NCBI RefSeq assembly: GCF_018350175.1
Contig: NC_058368.1
Coordinates: 20,586,001 to 20,650,000, forward strand
From: Felis catus
Lineage: Eukaryota
DNA length: 64,000 bases
Direction of reading: 5' to 3'
Shown: piece by piece, positions 60,691 to 64,000 of the stretch
Position numbering within the stretch: the first letter of the stretch is position 1
How the letters are laid out: each line of letters starts with the position of its first letter
The notes under the pieces: model-generated
What the model was told of the DNA's origin: nothing
Database searches by the model: none
The model's input: the letters and a program-made list of their open reading frames with translations, nothing else
Made by a program: the position numbers and the translations under genes

Positions 60691-63129
60691 CCTGTGGTGA
60701 GTCCTCTTTTTTGCTTCATTTGCTGCAATCAGATTAATACCTGTAAGATTTAGGCATATTTTGCAATCATAAATAGTTTTAAACTGTTTTTTTTTTCTTG
60801 AGAAGTATTTTGTTCCACGAATATACCATAGTTTGTTTATCTACTCTCCTGTGATTGACATGTGTGTTTTTTCAATTTTTGGCTATTGTGAATAAGAATG
60901 CTGTGAATATAATTTTATAAGTCCTTTAGTTAACATATGTTTGCATTTCTCCGGGTAAGTACCTAGGAATGTAACTGCTGAGTCATAGGGGACACGTATG
61001 TTTAATTTTATAAGAAGCTGCCAAACAGTTCTCCAAGTTGCTCGTACAATTTTTTTACACTCCCACTAGCAATGTATGAGAGTTTCAACTGTGCCATATG
61101 CTCTCTACATTTGTTATTGCCAGTCTTTCTTTCTTTTTTTTTTAAGCCATTCTAGTGAGTGTGAAATTGTAGCACGTTGTGGTTTTAATTTGTCTTTTCC
61201 AGATGACTAACGATGTTCAGCTACTTTTCTTGTGCCTGTTGGCTATTAATGGCTTCTTTTGTAAAATGTCTGTTCAAATTTTGTGCCTATTTTAAAAATA
61301 GGATTTTCTCAATTATTAACATGTATGTATCAGAATACAAGTCCTTTGTCATATATTAATTTTAAATATTTTCTCCGGTCTGTGATTCGCCTATTTATTT
61401 TCTCAACAATAGCTCTTAAATAGCAGAAAATTTAATTTTCATGAAGTCCATTTTATCAATAGTTTTGCAACTATTTTTAGTGTTTTTGGAGCCCTTTCTA
61501 AGAACATTTCTTTTTCTAGAAGCTGTATAAGTACATATTGTTTGCATTTAATGCTGTGGTGCATCTTAAATTAATTTTCTTCTCTATAATGACATGGGGG
61601 TTGAAGTTTGCTGTTAAAATACAGATATCCAATTTTTTTCTAGCACTTTATTTTAGTAAAAAGACTTTCCTTTCCCCCATGGATAGATGTTTTGTCAAAA
61701 AAATTATCTGAAATGTCTGTATAGAAGTTCTATAGTTTCATTCTTCTTTTTCAGAATTAATTCTCACTATTATAAATCCTTTGCAAGTATTCCAACACCA
61801 TTTGTTAAAATGATTTTCCCCACATAATCATGTTAGCAATTTTGTCAAAAAATCAATTGATCATATGTGTGGGTCCATTTCTGGACTCTATTCTGTTTCA
61901 TTGATCTCTTTGCCTAGCTTATTCTAATGCCAAATTGTCTTGATTACTGTAGCTTACAAAAAGTTGTGAAATCAACCTTATTCTTCTTCAAAGATATTAT
62001 GGCTATTTTAGGCCTTTGCATTTCCATATAAATTTTAGTGTTAGTGTCAGTTTGTAAATTTATACAAATAAATACTAAAATTTTGAATGAGATTGTGTTG
62101 AATCTGTATATCCATTTACAATGAGTTGACATCTTAATAATATTTAATGTTTCTGATCAGTGAGCATGGCATATCTCTCCATTTATTTGGATCTTCTTTA
62201 ATTTCCCTGATCAATGTTTTATCATTTTCAGCACACAAGTGTTGTACATGTTTTGTTAAATGTATCCCTAGTTATTTCTTACTTTTTGATGTATTATAAA
62301 TGACACTTCTTTTAAAGCTTCAATTTCTAATGATTTGTTAATGTATAGAAATACAATTGAGTTTTGAATATTGACCTCTGTCCTGTAAATAAGCTATATT
62401 CATGTTAGTTCTAGTGATTTTTAATAGGTTCCCATTGGATTTTCTACATAGATGATCATGTTGAATGCAAACAGAAAAATAGTTTTACTTTTTCTTTTCC
62501 AAACTAGATGCATAATTTATTTTTCTTGTCTTATTACACTGGCTAGAATCTCTTAGAACAATATTGAATAGAAGTGGTAACAGTGAATAATATCCTTTCC
62601 TCATTTCAAATCTTAGTGAGAAAACTTTCAGTCTTTTACCATTCATATGGTGTAGCAGTAAGTTTTTCAAGGATGTACTTTTTCAGATTAAGGAAATTCC
62701 TTTCCACTCTTAGTTTGCTGCAAGTTTTATCAGGAATGGATGTGAGATTCTGTCAAACACCTTTACTGTATCTGTTGATACAATCATATAGTTTTCCTTT
62801 TTTAGAATGGTAACATGGTGTGTACATAAGAAATATTCCACAGAGGGGAATTGCTGTATCAAAATACATGTGCATTTGAAATTTTGGTTGACATCTTAAT
62901 AATACCTCCAAACCATCCTCTAAAATGGCTGACTTAATTTACATTGTACCTATAGGCTCAGAGACTGCTCATTCCGTTTTCTACATCCTCACCAATCCAG
63001 GATATTATCAATTGAGGGTTCATTTTAGAATCAGAAAAATCAAGAAATGTAAGTCACAATCAACTAAGGCATCAAAAAATTTGCATTCTGACCACTTATA
63101 ATTTGTATTGCATTAATGGTAAAGAAGCA

Positions 63130-63265
63130 GATTTATAGAACATAAGTTCCAAGAGGTATGGATTTTGTCTGGTTTTGTTCACTGCTATATCCAGAACAAT
63201 GCCTTATACATAACAGACATTCAGTAATAGTTGTTGAGTGAAATGAAAGTGAATAAAAGAATGAA
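63130..63265 (+). mobile_element. L2 3' end
   Basis: TTTTGTTCACTGCTATATCC...CATTCAGTAATAGTTGTTGAGTGAAATGAA. Confidence 0.75.
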
Positions 63266-64000
63266 AAAATGAACAAAATAGAAATCAGAACCAGCAGGGA
63301 TATTTGGAAATCACACATGTAAAGGCTGCAAATCGGAAAGACGAAGACCAAAGAGTTAACTCGCTGCTCAAGATCTCACATATGATGAGTTACAGAGACA
63401 TAGCTAGACCTCGGGCCTTGTGAGAACCCAGGGTACTAGCAAGTTAGAGGTGATATTGATGAGGATAAAGAAAACATCCTACCCCACTCTGCCACATACA
63501 TTTATCTTTCCTTTGTGAGGGGTATTACTTTTATCTGACTGATACTTCTTTAAGCCATATAATGCTCAACATCCTCTCTTATGCAAAATATTTAGCCATG
63601 AAACCACAACACAGACTAAAGTTTTAGGTTGGAGCTAAAATTTCATAACTGAAAGTCCTCAGACCCCTATAGGACCAAAATGCAACAATGGCATCCCTGA
63701 GATGGAAATCCGTGCTATATTCTTGTGAAGCTTTCAAAGTTACTGAGGGTGCTAAAAATCTCCACAGCTCTCATCTTCACTGGCACCTAAAGTGCAGAGT
63801 GAGTGCCCTTCTTTCTTGTCCCCATTAACCAGGAGCATCTTCACTGGATAGTCAATGAAGGAAGAAGCAAACTGCTATTGTGTTAAACTACTGAATTTTT
63901 GAAATTTACCTGTTTTAGCTTTTAATTAATATAATGGTATGATAGGGGTTTTTGAGAGTGTATAGAAGAGACAATTAGACATCCTTAGAAGGTGAGAGAG

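Larger units (their letters stand above)
58690..62820 (-). mobile_element. Stack of old L1M 3' fragments (58690-59965; 59975-62820)
   Basis: Two antisense L1 3' ends followed by antisense ORF2 (GTGGGTCCATTTCTGGACTCTATTCTGTTTCATTGATC). Confidence 0.8.

Noticed and set aside
1..64000. CRISPR-like arrays, prokaryotic operons, viral genes or mitochondrial insertions
   Set aside because: No regularly spaced repeat-spacer array, compact ORF cluster, gag/pol/env remnant or mtDNA-like segment seen by eye

Overview
Mammalian genomic DNA, almost certainly from a felid: about 32 tRNA-derived Can-SINEs, five of them near-identical young SINEC_Fc-type copies, plus carnivore L1s. The only protein-coding gene I can support is the 5' end of RNASEH2B on the minus strand. 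Coding exon 1 (25193-25142) lies in a CpG island and is followed by a ~24.5 kb intron 1 and the 72-nt exon 2 (667-596); the gene continues off the left edge. The ~38 kb upstream (25.8-64 kb) is non-coding: SINEs, L1/L2/MIR relics, solo LTRs, hAT fossils, microsatellites and a few repeat-poor, motif-rich blocks. Apart from the ORF starting at the RNASEH2B ATG, the ORFs in the supplied track look like repeat-derived, GC-island or chance frames. I see no convincing new multi-gene system. The best leads are regulatory or structural: an apparent start-codon shift in RNASEH2B, an ISRE-like element next to a CDE/CHR-like element in its promoter, closely spaced inverted SINE pairs and a possible SINE-derived poison exon in intron 1, a competing exon-2 donor, a palindromic TF-motif cluster at ~38.3 kb, and several unusual retrotransposition junctions. 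Repeat subfamily names come from memory of consensus sequences and repeat boundaries are approximate.
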